A stretch of DNA of 44,774 bases from positions 1-44,774 of IMG/VR virus record IMGVR_UViG_3300028792_000001; one strand, written 5' to 3'. Below the pieces are notes generated by a model. That model did no database searches and was not told the origin of the DNA. It saw only the letters and a list, made by a program, of their open reading frames with translations. The DNA is from a virus. Taxonomy: Duplodnaviria; Caudoviricetes. This document shows positions 29,248 to 38,716 of the stretch, piece after piece. Each line of letters opens with the position of its first letter. The stretch's first letter is position 1. The translations under genes and the position numbers were made by a program.

Positions 29248-29556
29248 ATGGAAGATGACCTTTATCCAAATGATAGTTCTTACTTCATCCCCCGTGAACC
29301 AGCCGACCAGATAATCGAACGGAAGAAGGAAAAAGCCCAGACTTTAGAGAGCATCAATGAACTCAAAGCTATTGTGAACCGTTTAGACGAACGCATACAG
29401 TTTTACGAAAAGAACTCCAGCATACCCGATGATGTCCGAACCGACCCTCAACAGTTCTTAATCCTGCACAATACCTATACTTTAGTTGCCGAGAACCTAA
29501 AGAGCGAGAAGGAGTACATTGAAGGATTGATTACGTCATATTTAAAGAGTCGATAA
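29248..29556 (+). CDS. Hypothetical head-region protein
   Basis: 102 aa between portal and scaffold. Confidence 0.65.
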   Translation: MEDDLYPNDSSYFIPREPADQIIERKKEKAQTLESINELKAIVNRLDERIQFYEKNSSIPDDVRTDPQQFLILHNTYTLVAENLKSEKEYIEGLITSYLKSR

Positions 29557-29669
29557 GTTGCATGTTGCCCGCCCCAAATTGATGGCTCACCCCATCAAAT
29601 AGACGGGCAGCATGGAGCCTATCTAACTCCCGCCCCGTGAGCGAATAACACGTTAAAGAAAGGATACCT

Positions 29670-30476
29670 ATGGCCGATGAGCCAGACGTACAAGCACCGG
29701 ATATTAGTCCGGATGACTTTGATGGGAAAGAGGAACCCAAAACTGAATCGTCACCAGTAAAAGAAACTAAGGCAGAGGTGAAAGCCGAACCCAAAGTGGA
29801 ACCTGAAGCGGAGGTTAAAGAGGAAGCGAAAGCCGAACCTGAAGTCAAGGAAACAGATAAGCCCGAAGCAAAAGCTGAGGAGCCTGAAGAAACGGAAAAA
29901 CCGCAAGGCAAAGCAGAAGAACGCAAAACCCAACTCAATACCGAGATTAGAGATTTAGTCTCACAGCGTAACGCACTAAAGGAAGAGGTCGCTAAAGCCA
30001 ACGCCGAAGTGTATCAGCCCGCAACTGAAGATGAGTTGGTGGAACAAGGTCTGACAGCTACCGATGCTAAAGTCGAAGCACTTAGACAACAAATCGAAGT
30101 CAAAGACTACAACGATAGGGTAGCTGATGCTCAACTTACTTTAAGCAGCGAATCAGAGAGAGTCCTTCGGGATTTCCCTTTATTCAATTCTGAAAGTGAG
30201 CAGTATGATAAGGAACTTGCCGAAGAAGCCGCAGGGCTTTTAGAAGCCAACCTTATCCTCGACCCCAACACCCAACAGGTTATTGGTTCCAATGTTAGCC
30301 CTTACCAGCTTTACAAAACACTCGCCCGCGCATCTGGAATAAGTGGTGCTAAGGGGCAAATGAAAGGGCAGCAGGACACCGAACAGATGTTAGCTAACGC
30401 TGACGCTGGCGGTTCCGCTACACCCGAAAAGAAACCCGTTGACCCACTAACAGCCTTATGGGAGGGAGAGCTTTAA
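29670..30476 (+). CDS. Capsid scaffolding protein
   Basis: Acidic EPK-rich N-terminus and coiled coil, immediately before the capsid gene. Confidence 0.75.
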   Translation: MADEPDVQAPDISPDDFDGKEEPKTESSPVKETKAEVKAEPKVEPEAEVKEEAKAEPEVKETDKPEAKAEEPEETEKPQGKAEERKTQLNTEIRDLVSQRNALKEEVAKANAEVYQPATEDELVEQGLTATDAKVEALRQQIEVKDYNDRVADAQLTLSSESERVLRDFPLFNSESEQYDKELAEEAAGLLEANLILDPNTQQVIGSNVSPYQLYKTLARASGISGAKGQMKGQQDTEQMLANADAGGSATPEKKPVDPLTALWEGEL

Positions 30477-30491
30477 ATATAAGGAAATAAC

Positions 30492-31331
30492 ATGGCCGCA
30501 CAAAACTATGCAAGTGCAACGCTTGGCGTTATCGACGAACGTTTGCACCTTGCGACTAAAACTGCCGATATTGTTAACAACGGCGGTGTCCGTTTAGACT
30601 TTAACGGCAAAAACAGCGTGACTATTTACACAGTTAGTGTTGTTACAGAAGGAAACTATGTCCGTTCCGGTTCAAACCGTTTCGGGACATTGAATGAACT
30701 TGGTACTGGTACTCAGACATTTACTCTGAGCCAGGACAAATCATTTACGTTCTCAGTTGACCGAGGTAACTTGGAAGACTCGATGATGGTGCAAGAAGCT
30801 AACAAAGCAGTTAAGCGCCAAATCGCAGAAGTATCTGTTCCTAATACGGACATTTACACCCTAGCCGCAGCTCACGCTCTGGCTTTAACCGCTGGACAAG
30901 GTGCTACCGCTGCTGTCACCGCGTCTAATGTCTACGTCAAGTTCTTGGCGCAGAACGATGCTATGACAGAAGCTAAAGTACCTGAAACTGGACGCTTTTG
31001 TTTTCTATCACCAGCCACCTACTCACTTCTAAAACAGGACTCCACGTTCCGTTTAGCTTGTGATTTAGCCTATGCTGACCTTAAAAAGGGAATCATCGGT
31101 CAGGTTGATGGTGTAACTTTAGTTAAAGTGCCTAGTACCTATTTACCAACTAACGAAGTCTTCCTATTTATTTGGGAAGAAGTGCTTATTCGCCCGATGA
31201 AGTTCAACTCTACCCGCATCTTAACCGATGTCCAAGGTGTTGACGGAGCTGTGGCGGAAGGTCGTCGCTACTACGATGTGTTTGGCCCAGCCAACAAAGT
31301 CGTAGGATTGCGTTACCACCTAAGCGCATAA
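30492..31331 (+). CDS. Major capsid protein
   Basis: 279 aa with TLSQDKSFTFSVD, VPETGRFCFLSP, GIIGQVDGV and EGRRYYDVF patterns of HK97-fold coat proteins. Confidence 0.85.
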   Translation: MAAQNYASATLGVIDERLHLATKTADIVNNGGVRLDFNGKNSVTIYTVSVVTEGNYVRSGSNRFGTLNELGTGTQTFTLSQDKSFTFSVDRGNLEDSMMVQEANKAVKRQIAEVSVPNTDIYTLAAAHALALTAGQGATAAVTASNVYVKFLAQNDAMTEAKVPETGRFCFLSPATYSLLKQDSTFRLACDLAYADLKKGIIGQVDGVTLVKVPSTYLPTNEVFLFIWEEVLIRPMKFNSTRILTDVQGVDGAVAEGRRYYDVFGPANKVVGLRYHLSA

Positions 31332-31341
31332 GAGGAGCCGT

Positions 31342-31659
31342 ATGGACGCAAGTAACTTACCAAAAGGACAATCAACAGAAAAAACGGATGGTCGGGCAAT
31401 CAATCAACCTGGCATCTATATACACAAAGATACCAAAGAACAATTCATCACAGCCGAGGGCGATGCTGGAGTAGTCCAAGCTGATGCACTCATGTCACCT
31501 GTCTGGAAGGACGCATGGTATCGGGCTGCTGATGTGCCTAATCGGATTCAGTTACTTGAAATCCGCAAGGCTCAAGCATTAAAAGACGCCAAAGAAGAAG
31601 CTCTTCAAAAGAAAGCTGATGAAGCTGAACTTGAAGAAGCTGTCACTTCGGTTAAATAA
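31342..31659 (+). CDS. Hypothetical protein
   Basis: GAGGAG SD; follows the capsid gene. Confidence 0.65.
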   Translation: MDASNLPKGQSTEKTDGRAINQPGIYIHKDTKEQFITAEGDAGVVQADALMSPVWKDAWYRAADVPNRIQLLEIRKAQALKDAKEEALQKKADEAELEEAVTSVK

Positions 31660-31674
31660 GAAAGGTTAAATTAA

Positions 31675-32106
31675 ATGGCAAATGACGTAACAAACCAAGT
31701 CGGTTTGAGTCTTCATGGTACAGGCGGTATCGTATATGAGAATATCGATACGTCAAAAACCTTGGCTCTTGTTGACAACGGAATTGTACAGAACGTAATT
31801 GCTGATGGTATCACCATCACATTACCTGCTACAACTGCTGGCGCTTGTTTCACTATCCGTAATGGTGGTGTCCCAGCTTCCAGTGCGTTAGGCTCAGGAA
31901 CAGGTTCAGACGCTTCGGCACTCATAACTATAGCGCCAAACGCCGTAGACCAGATTGCTGGACTGAACTTTACAGCCGCAGACAACAAGGCTGCATTAAA
32001 TACTAAAGCTACTGCTAGGGTTGGTGATTACATCACTCTAGTTGGCGATGGTACTAATGGCTGGAACGTACTTTACGCCAAGGGCGTATGGGCGAGGGCT
32101 GCTTGA
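31675..32106 (+). CDS. Putative capsid decoration protein
   Basis: Small beta-rich protein, ITLPA...GDYITLVGDGTNGW. Confidence 0.55.
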   Translation: MANDVTNQVGLSLHGTGGIVYENIDTSKTLALVDNGIVQNVIADGITITLPATTAGACFTIRNGGVPASSALGSGTGSDASALITIAPNAVDQIAGLNFTAADNKAALNTKATARVGDYITLVGDGTNGWNVLYAKGVWARAA

Positions 32107-32119
32107 CTAAATAGTAAGT

Positions 32120-32656
32120 TTATGGTATATGCTTCCAAGATTGGCGAAGCACTACTCGACTTACGATTGTCTGGTCAACCTCAAAGACTTCGGCTAATTC
32201 GGTTTGGGTATAACTACCTTCCGAATATAAACGTCTGATAGTTTGCACCTTAATATCGTCAAGTTTAGCTGTTGGGTTTTTAGAACCAACTAGACTCCTT
32301 CGATGTTCGACCATGTGTCGCATATTGTCATAATTGTCGCCCCATACTAGGTTATCAGCAACATTGTTCAATTTATTGTCATCTAAATGACACACAATGT
32401 TCTTACCTTTAGGGGGGTTACCAATGAAGGCGTATGCGACCATGCGGTGTACCGCTAACTGTTTGCTTTGCTTATTATGATATAAAGTGACAAATGCGTA
32501 GCCTCTTGCCCCCACTCCAGGCTTAAGGCACATTCTTTTATTATTGGAGTATTTGCTCTTTTTTATAGCTTTTACTCTACCTAGATTAGAAACTAAATAT
32601 TTTCTATTAAATGGTTTAAAGAATACGGGTTTCCAAACTTCTCTGTTTAGGGACAT
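32120..32656 (-). CDS. NUMOD4-HNH endonuclease with a C-terminal HTH
   Basis: EVWKPV...YLVSNLGRVK, VHRMVA.AF and VCHLDDNKLNNVADNL.W; inserted antisense in the late operon. Confidence 0.92.
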   Translation of the reverse strand: MSLNREVWKPVFFKPFNRKYLVSNLGRVKAIKKSKYSNNKRMCLKPGVGARGYAFVTLYHNKQSKQLAVHRMVAYAFIGNPPKGKNIVCHLDDNKLNNVADNLVWGDNYDNMRHMVEHRRSLVGSKNPTAKLDDIKVQTIRRLYSEGSYTQTELAEVFEVDQTIVSRVVLRQSWKHIP

Positions 32657-32717
32657 GTACATATAGTAGCATACTTAGCTTGACTTTTCAAGTTTGGCAG
32701 ATTACAATATACATTAT

Positions 32718-33755
32718 ATGTCTAGTTTACTTGCCACTTTAGGTCAGCAATACGAAATAATTGCTGGTACTGGCATACAAGAAGAAGTAGTTATTAACTT
32801 CAACGGCGCTCAGACGGGTGACCCTGGTGCTGTCGGCACTTATAAGATATTCCGAGTTACTGGTTTAGTTAGTGCGCAAATTTATGCTATCGTCGAAAAT
32901 GACCTTGCTAGTTCCAGTGGTACTATAGCGGTTGGCGTACAGCGTGAAGCTCACGCTGGTGGTGGTAGCGACTCTACGGGTGCGTTTATTGCCGCTACTA
33001 CTGCCTCACAATTAAATACTTCCGAAATCTGGACGGGAACTAATCCGCAAGCAGTTTTCATTGCTAATACCGTTACTAACTTCCCAGCCCTAGTCGTTAC
33101 CCGAGATATTACAATTACTGTGGCTACTGCCACTATCACCTCGGGTCGTATCCGATTTGTTTGTCTATGGAAACCTATTACGGCTGGTTCCTTTGTAGCT
33201 GCCCGTGTAGCAGGCAGTCTTGTCTCCCCAAGTGCGTCCGTCAGTCCAAGTGCGTCCGTCAGTCCAAGTGCATCTGTCAGTCCATCAGCCTCGACTTCTC
33301 CAAGCGCCTCTCTATCTCCGAGTGCATCAGCAAGCGCTTCGCTGTCCCCAAGTGCATCAACCTCGCCCAGCGCTTCAGTATCTCCATCTACTTCAGTCTC
33401 CAGTTCGCCTAGTTCATCTCTATCACCTAGTTCAAGTGCATCAGCTAGTACAAGTCTTTCTCTTAGCCCATCCAGCTCTACATCGATTAGTCCGTCTAGC
33501 TCAACCTCTCCGAGTAGTTCAGCAAGCGCCTCGCTATCCCCAAGTGCTTCAGCTAGTCGTTCGCTTAGCCCATCATCGAGTATTAGTTCCTCTCCTTCAG
33601 CTTCTACAAGTCCTTCCAGTTCAATCTCAAGCTCTCCTAGCGCTAGTGTATCGCCTTCTAGCTCGGTATCATCTAGCCCAAGCGCCTCGACTTCTCCAAG
33701 CGCCTCGCTTAGCCCATCTAGCTCAGTCTCACCTTCACCAAGCCCATCACCATAG
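32718..33755 (+). CDS. Virion protein: beta-rich N-terminal domain plus a ~175 aa mucin-like SPSAS tail
   Basis: Promoter TTGACT(32680)-17-TACAAT, then ATG at 32718. Repeat tract 33225-33752 ends in SPSPSP. Confidence 0.8.
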   Translation: MSSLLATLGQQYEIIAGTGIQEEVVINFNGAQTGDPGAVGTYKIFRVTGLVSAQIYAIVENDLASSSGTIAVGVQREAHAGGGSDSTGAFIAATTASQLNTSEIWTGTNPQAVFIANTVTNFPALVVTRDITITVATATITSGRIRFVCLWKPITAGSFVAARVAGSLVSPSASVSPSASVSPSASVSPSASTSPSASLSPSASASASLSPSASTSPSASVSPSTSVSSSPSSSLSPSSSASASTSLSLSPSSSTSISPSSSTSPSSSASASLSPSASASRSLSPSSSISSSPSASTSPSSSISSSPSASVSPSSSVSSSPSASTSPSASLSPSSSVSPSPSPSP

Positions 33756-33764
33756 GAGTAAATT

Positions 33765-34127
33765 TTGCCCAAGCTTGGAAAGACAATTTCGAATGTTATC
33801 AGGGGTGATTCAAGGACTGTCAACCTGACTTTCTTAGAGTCTGACGGTACTACGCCAGTTAACCTAACAGGTGGTACAGTCTATTTCACAGTCAATACAA
33901 GTAGCGACCCATCAGATGATACAGGTGTAGCATTTCAGAAAACAGTGGCTGGTAGTAGTGCAACCTCCCCAACAACAGGACAACATACATTTACTCTGAC
34001 TCATGCGAATACAAATATCACTCCTAATACCTATTGGTATGACGCTCAATTTGTCGATTCTACAGGAAACTACTTGTCTTCTTACCGCGGTAAGTTTATA
34101 ATTCAAAGTGATGTAACAAGAACATAA
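33765..34127 (+). CDS. BppU-N-like (Ig-like) virion adaptor protein
   Basis: IRGDSRT...VNLTG.TVYFTV...YWYDAQ...GKF.I..DVT pattern. Confidence 0.6.
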   Translation: MPKLGKTISNVIRGDSRTVNLTFLESDGTTPVNLTGGTVYFTVNTSSDPSDDTGVAFQKTVAGSSATSPTTGQHTFTLTHANTNITPNTYWYDAQFVDSTGNYLSSYRGKFIIQSDVTRT

Positions 34128-34140
34128 ATAGGAGTTTCAG

Positions 34141-34914
34141 GTGAGTGAAGTCTCTACAGCAGTAATAGGCAACGGTTGGGTTGGCAAATCAATGATAGAG
34201 TTGTTTCCTAACTCTGTTGTATATGACGAACCCCAAAAGATAGGTGAGCGAGCCTTAGTTAATCAGTGTGAAATAAGTTTTCTCTGTGTACCGACCCCCA
34301 ACGTGGGTAAAGGTGGGTTAGATACGTCCATCGTAGAAGAAGTGGTGGATTGGTGCGAATCAGATGTCATTGTCATCCGTTCTACTGTAAACCCTGGTAC
34401 GGCTGATAAACTAAAAGCTAGCGGTAAGCGGATTGTAACCCAACCGGAATATTTGGGCGAAACCACCGCACATCCTTTATTAGACCAGAGCGAACGCCCA
34501 TTTATGATACTAGGTGGCGACCCAGCAGATAGAAGAAAAGTTATTGAAACCTATCAAGGAGTATACAATGCGAATGTTTCTATTAGACAAGTTACTAACA
34601 CGGAAGCCGAGGTCATCAAACTCAGTGAAAACCGAGCCATTAGCTGGAAAGTTGCCCAATGCCAAGAACTCTACGACGTTTGTGAAGCCGCAGGAGTGGA
34701 TTACTACACCATTAGGGACGCTGTCTATGGTGACGACCCGAGATTCGACCTCTGGTTTAGTTTCGTCTACCCAGATAGACGAGGAATGGAATCGAAGTGC
34801 ATTCCTAAGGACGTCTATGCATGGGCGGCTTGGGCAGAAAGTTTGGGATATAATCCCGCCATCACGAAAGCAATCCTAGCTAAGAATGAAGATTGGGTAG
34901 GTCTAAATGAATGA
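34141..34914 (+). CDS. UDP-glucose/GDP-mannose dehydrogenase family protein (no C-terminal domain)
   Basis: IGNGWVG, FLCVPTP, IRSTVNPGT, PEYL, AEVIKL.EN and CIPKD catalytic motifs. Confidence 0.9.
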   Translation: MSEVSTAVIGNGWVGKSMIELFPNSVVYDEPQKIGERALVNQCEISFLCVPTPNVGKGGLDTSIVEEVVDWCESDVIVIRSTVNPGTADKLKASGKRIVTQPEYLGETTAHPLLDQSERPFMILGGDPADRRKVIETYQGVYNANVSIRQVTNTEAEVIKLSENRAISWKVAQCQELYDVCEAAGVDYYTIRDAVYGDDPRFDLWFSFVYPDRRGMESKCIPKDVYAWAAWAESLGYNPAITKAILAKNEDWVGLNE

Positions 34915-35056
34915 TGAATTAGATATCGCCATCAGGATATTACTGAAGTGGACAAGTGAGAACGGCGGGGATATGGAAGGCAATCTGGACTATAAAGATA
35001 AGAAGTATATTATACAGGTGAAGGAATACGATGCTATCAGTAATAATTCCAAGTAG
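34907..35056 (+). CDS. Small hypothetical protein (49 aa)
   Basis: Translated by hand as MNDELDIAIR...; overlaps both neighbours. Confidence 0.4.
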   Translation: MNDELDIAIRILLKWTSENGGDMEGNLDYKDKKYIIQVKEYDAISNNSK

Positions 35057-35984
35057 GTCAGCCCAATGGCTCAAAAAGACTGTAGAAGACCTTCTAAATA
35101 AAGCTGAGGGTGAAGTTGAGGTTATAGTTGTGCTGGATGGTCGCTGGCCAGACCCACATGAAATGCCCCCAGAAGACCCAAGGGTTGTCCAGATTCACCA
35201 CGGCGTGATACACGATAACTTAGGTATGAGGGCGTCTATAAACGCTGGAGTAGCTGTTTCAAAAGGCGATTATCTGATGGTTATAGATGAACAGTGTATG
35301 GTATCTGAGGGTTATGATGTGCGCCTGTCAAGCATCTGTGAAAATGATTGGGTCATAATCCCTCGTAGAAAGCGCCTAGAACCTGAAACCTGGACACTTA
35401 TAAACGATGGGCGCCCAGATATAGATTATATGTATACCGAATACCCCTACGCTAAACCATACGATAAGACTCAAGGATTACACGGCGCGGAGTGGAAGCG
35501 CCCAGAGCGTAAAGATATAGAAATAGACGACACCCCTACCTGCCAGGGCAGTTGTTACTTCATGTCACGCAAATGGTGGGATGAAATCATAGGTGAACTG
35601 GACAGTACCTACTATGGACCTTTCACGATGGAAGCCCAGGAAATTTCCTTAAAAACCTGGTTGTCTGGAGGGAGAGTGGTTGTGGATAAAGGAAGCTGGT
35701 ACGCCCACTGGCACAAAGGCTCTAAGGGCAAAGGCTACGCCTTTACTAACGAACAATACCGTAGGCATCAAGAGGGCATGGAAAAAGGCCGTCTGTATGC
35801 CATCGAGTATTGGTTAAACACGAAGGACTTCAAATACGACTGGAACTGGTTTGTTACAGAGAAGTTCCCAGATATGCCTGGCTGGTCTGCCGATTGGAAA
35901 GAACGAGTAGAAGTAGATAAATTGAAGGACTATTCTACTTTGAAATATGCCAATGACGAATGGCTAGCAAGGTTAAGAACGTGA
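35031..35984 (+). CDS. GT-A glycosyltransferase, GT2/GT27 (ppGalNAc-T)-like
   Basis: LSVIIP, EVIVVLDG, GMRASINAG, TPTCQGSCYF and EISLKTWLSGG...AHW. Confidence 0.85.
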   Translation: MLSVIIPSRSAQWLKKTVEDLLNKAEGEVEVIVVLDGRWPDPHEMPPEDPRVVQIHHGVIHDNLGMRASINAGVAVSKGDYLMVIDEQCMVSEGYDVRLSSICENDWVIIPRRKRLEPETWTLINDGRPDIDYMYTEYPYAKPYDKTQGLHGAEWKRPERKDIEIDDTPTCQGSCYFMSRKWWDEIIGELDSTYYGPFTMEAQEISLKTWLSGGRVVVDKGSWYAHWHKGSKGKGYAFTNEQYRRHQEGMEKGRLYAIEYWLNTKDFKYDWNWFVTEKFPDMPGWSADWKERVEVDKLKDYSTLKYANDEWLARLRT

Positions 35985-36475
35985 TTATTGGTTCAGGAGA
36001 TTTGGCCTCTGTCCTGCCCGATAGAGATGACTTATTATTTTTCGCCAGTGGGGTTAGTAATAGCCAGTGTACTGATGAGAGTGAATACCAACGCGAGGTA
36101 GACTTACTCCTGGAACAACCTAGAGACGCTCACATAGTTTATTTCTCTTCATTAGCCATATTCTTCAGTGTCAGCCGATACGCCCAGCACAAGCGAGATA
36201 TGGAGGCTATGGTCAAGGCTAACTTCCCCTTACATACCATAGTCAGGTTAGGCAATATTGATTGGGGGTCAAATCCACACACCCTGATAAACTACCTTAA
36301 AGCCCACCCAAATGCTGAAATTAAGAATGAATGGAGATATATAGTGGATAAGGATGAATTCTTATACTGGATTAACCGAATACCCGACTGGAGTTGCGAA
36401 ATGAATATTGTTGGCAGAAGACTTAAAGTACAAGAAATTAAGGAGGATTACTGTGACATCATCATTAAAGAATAG
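35981..36475 (+). CDS. Short NAD-dependent epimerase/dehydratase-like protein
   Basis: MIIGSG...FFASGVSNS...VYFSS...YAQHK (YxxxK)...IVRLGN. Confidence 0.65.
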   Translation: MIIGSGDLASVLPDRDDLLFFASGVSNSQCTDESEYQREVDLLLEQPRDAHIVYFSSLAIFFSVSRYAQHKRDMEAMVKANFPLHTIVRLGNIDWGSNPHTLINYLKAHPNAEIKNEWRYIVDKDEFLYWINRIPDWSCEMNIVGRRLKVQEIKEDYCDIIIKE

Positions 36476-37016
36476 AATAGAATTAGCCAAGTATTTTGCA
36501 GAACTAGGGTTTACTGAAGGTGCAGAAGTTGGAGTATTTACTGGTTATTTTTCAGAGGTAATGTTTCAGAATATCCCAGCACTTCATTTATATTGTGTAG
36601 ATATATGGGGCGAGGGTAAGTACCAACGTGCCGAAGAAGCCTGTTTAGAGCGCCTTAAACCTTACAATGCCACTATAATCAAGAACTACAGCGTCGAAGC
36701 TGCCAAACAGGTTCCTGACGGCTCTCTGGACTTCGTGTACATAGACGGCGCCCACGATTATACGAATGTGAAAGCTGATATCGAAGCTTGGGCGCCTAAA
36801 GTTAAAGTAGGCGGCATTATCTCTGGTGATGATTTTTACCAAGGGAAAAGCGGAGGAATGGGGGTAATGAAAGCGGTAACAGAGTATTGCAATAACCTAT
36901 ATACTAACGGTATGCCACGAGAGTATCATTACAATCTCAAACTAACGCTTTGGGATGATAATAACCCTATTAGAGACGATAGACAACCAAACTGGTATTT
37001 CGTTAAAGACCAGTAG
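36453..37016 (+). CDS. Class I SAM methyltransferase (Methyltransf_24-like)
   Basis: GAEVGV..G, SLDFVYIDGAH.Y..V..D and KVKVGGII.GDD; AGGAGG SD before the GTG. Confidence 0.9.
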   Translation: MTSSLKNRIELAKYFAELGFTEGAEVGVFTGYFSEVMFQNIPALHLYCVDIWGEGKYQRAEEACLERLKPYNATIIKNYSVEAAKQVPDGSLDFVYIDGAHDYTNVKADIEAWAPKVKVGGIISGDDFYQGKSGGMGVMKAVTEYCNNLYTNGMPREYHYNLKLTLWDDNNPIRDDRQPNWYFVKDQ

Positions 37017-37467
37017 GAGCATATATGCCGAAGTATTTATTTTCACCAGCTAAACGGGCATCAATAGCGTCTTTCAAGTTTTCATACCTACCGAGATGTA
37101 TTTTCTTACGATTCACCATGAGATATGCGCTGTACTTGTTTCTATCTTTCTCAAAAGAAGTTCCCCGGAAGCTTGTTGTGTTATTTTTTGAAAGGCTGGA
37201 ATTGATAGTATTCTCTCTACTTGTGCAAACTCGTAGATTAGTTTTACGGTTATCTAGCTTATTGTGGTTGATATGGTCTGTTACCATGCCCGTGGGCGTA
37301 CTTAGGATAAATCTATGAAGATAAGTCATTTTTCCGTTAATCATTCTGGTAGCTACATAGCTATTAGTAATAAACCATTTATATTGGCTGACTCTTTTGT
37401 AATCCGATTTATCAACAATTACTTTAATGGGCGGTTGGTTTTTATACCTCACAAGTTCCAGTATCAT
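37003..37467 (-). CDS. HNH-AP2 homing endonuclease
   Basis: LHRFIL...TDHINHNKLDNRKTNLR...HLGRY. Confidence 0.92.
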   Translation of the reverse strand: MILELVRYKNQPPIKVIVDKSDYKRVSQYKWFITNSYVATRMINGKMTYLHRFILSTPTGMVTDHINHNKLDNRKTNLRVCTSRENTINSSLSKNNTTSFRGTSFEKDRNKYSAYLMVNRKKIHLGRYENLKDAIDARLAGENKYFGIYAPTGL

Positions 37468-37511
37468 ACTATAATAGTAACAAACGTCCCCACAAAGAGC
37501 AAGGGCTATGT

Positions 37512-38057
37512 ATGAAAATCTTTGTAGATGCCGACAGGCTAGAGTTAATCAAAGAGTTCAAAGGTAAGGGCGTTGAGATTGGCGTAGCTGAAGGCTGGTA
37601 TTCAAGTAAGATTATGGAATTTGGACAAATTGATATGATGTGGGGCATTGACCCATATACTCCGCACCAAGGATATAGAGATTATACGAGAGAGACTACA
37701 TATAATAAACTCCGCACTAAAGCTCACGAACGATTAGATAAGTACCCTAATTATGAGTTCTTAGAAGAGTTCAGCACGGGGGCAGTAAAGAGGTTCGCAG
37801 GTAATTCACTTGATTTTGTCTATATAGATGGCGACCATTCTTACGAAGCTGTTACCACAGACATTACTGAATGGATTAAGAAAGTAAAACCAGGCGGGAT
37901 TATAGCTGGGGATGACTATATACGTAGTCACCGTGATAAGAGATTTTATGATGTTATTAGAGCTGTCGATGATTATGTTATCCACAATAATATACCAAGA
38001 TTATATCTATACACCGCTGGTAGAAACCCAACTAATTGGCTATTTTATAAACCATGA
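37512..38057 (+). CDS. Class I SAM methyltransferase (Methyltransf_24-like), paralog
   Basis: GVEIGVAEG, SLDFVYIDGDHSYE and KVKPGGIIAGDDY. Confidence 0.9.
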   Translation: MKIFVDADRLELIKEFKGKGVEIGVAEGWYSSKIMEFGQIDMMWGIDPYTPHQGYRDYTRETTYNKLRTKAHERLDKYPNYEFLEEFSTGAVKRFAGNSLDFVYIDGDHSYEAVTTDITEWIKKVKPGGIIAGDDYIRSHRDKRFYDVIRAVDDYVIHNNIPRLYLYTAGRNPTNWLFYKP

Positions 38058-38716
38058 GGCTTGCAATCTTGAGTGCTAATCTGGGTTCTTTTGATAAAGT
38101 TGTTAAACCTGTTGACCAGGAACTGCCAGAGGGTATCGAGCAGATAGACTACCATTGTTACACAGATGAGGACTTTCCTCCTATATTAGGGTTGACCCCT
38201 CGTTTGCAGTATAGAATCCCAAAATTATTTGGCTGGCAGATGTTTCCTGGGTATGATTACTATATCTGGCTGGATGGCGGGTGCTCACTCCTCCGGCCAG
38301 ATTCTGTGAAATACTATCTAGACCAACTGGGAAATGCTGATATAGCTTTATTCAAACATCCCTCTAGGCGTAATGCTCGCCAAGAAACCGCCCATATAGA
38401 GGAACACTTACAACTAGGCAAGCCGTACATCACCTCGCGCTACAAAAACGGCTTGCATAAGGAACAACTTGCGGACATTCAGTTAGACACTGAATATAAG
38501 GACGACAAACTCTACGCCTCTACTACTTTCATTTATAAGGATAGCGAGGAAATGCGAGATGCTATGAGGTTGTGGTGGTTGCACCAGAGCAGATACTTCA
38601 CATGCGACCAGATAGTGTTACCCTATGTACTGTGGAAGTCTGGATTGGTCGTTAAAACATTTGACCAGAGAATCTATCAAACGGGGTTTATGTCATTAGT
38701 GAGTAAACATCGATGA
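38054..38716 (+). CDS. DUF616 (TOD1/MUCI70)-like glycosyltransferase
   Basis: CYTD, R.PK....F..YDY.IW.DG, FKHP.R, WW and DQ..LPYVLWK. Confidence 0.7.
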   Translation: MRLAILSANLGSFDKVVKPVDQELPEGIEQIDYHCYTDEDFPPILGLTPRLQYRIPKLFGWQMFPGYDYYIWLDGGCSLLRPDSVKYYLDQLGNADIALFKHPSRRNARQETAHIEEHLQLGKPYITSRYKNGLHKEQLADIQLDTEYKDDKLYASTTFIYKDSEEMRDAMRLWWLHQSRYFTCDQIVLPYVLWKSGLVVKTFDQRIYQTGFMSLVSKHR

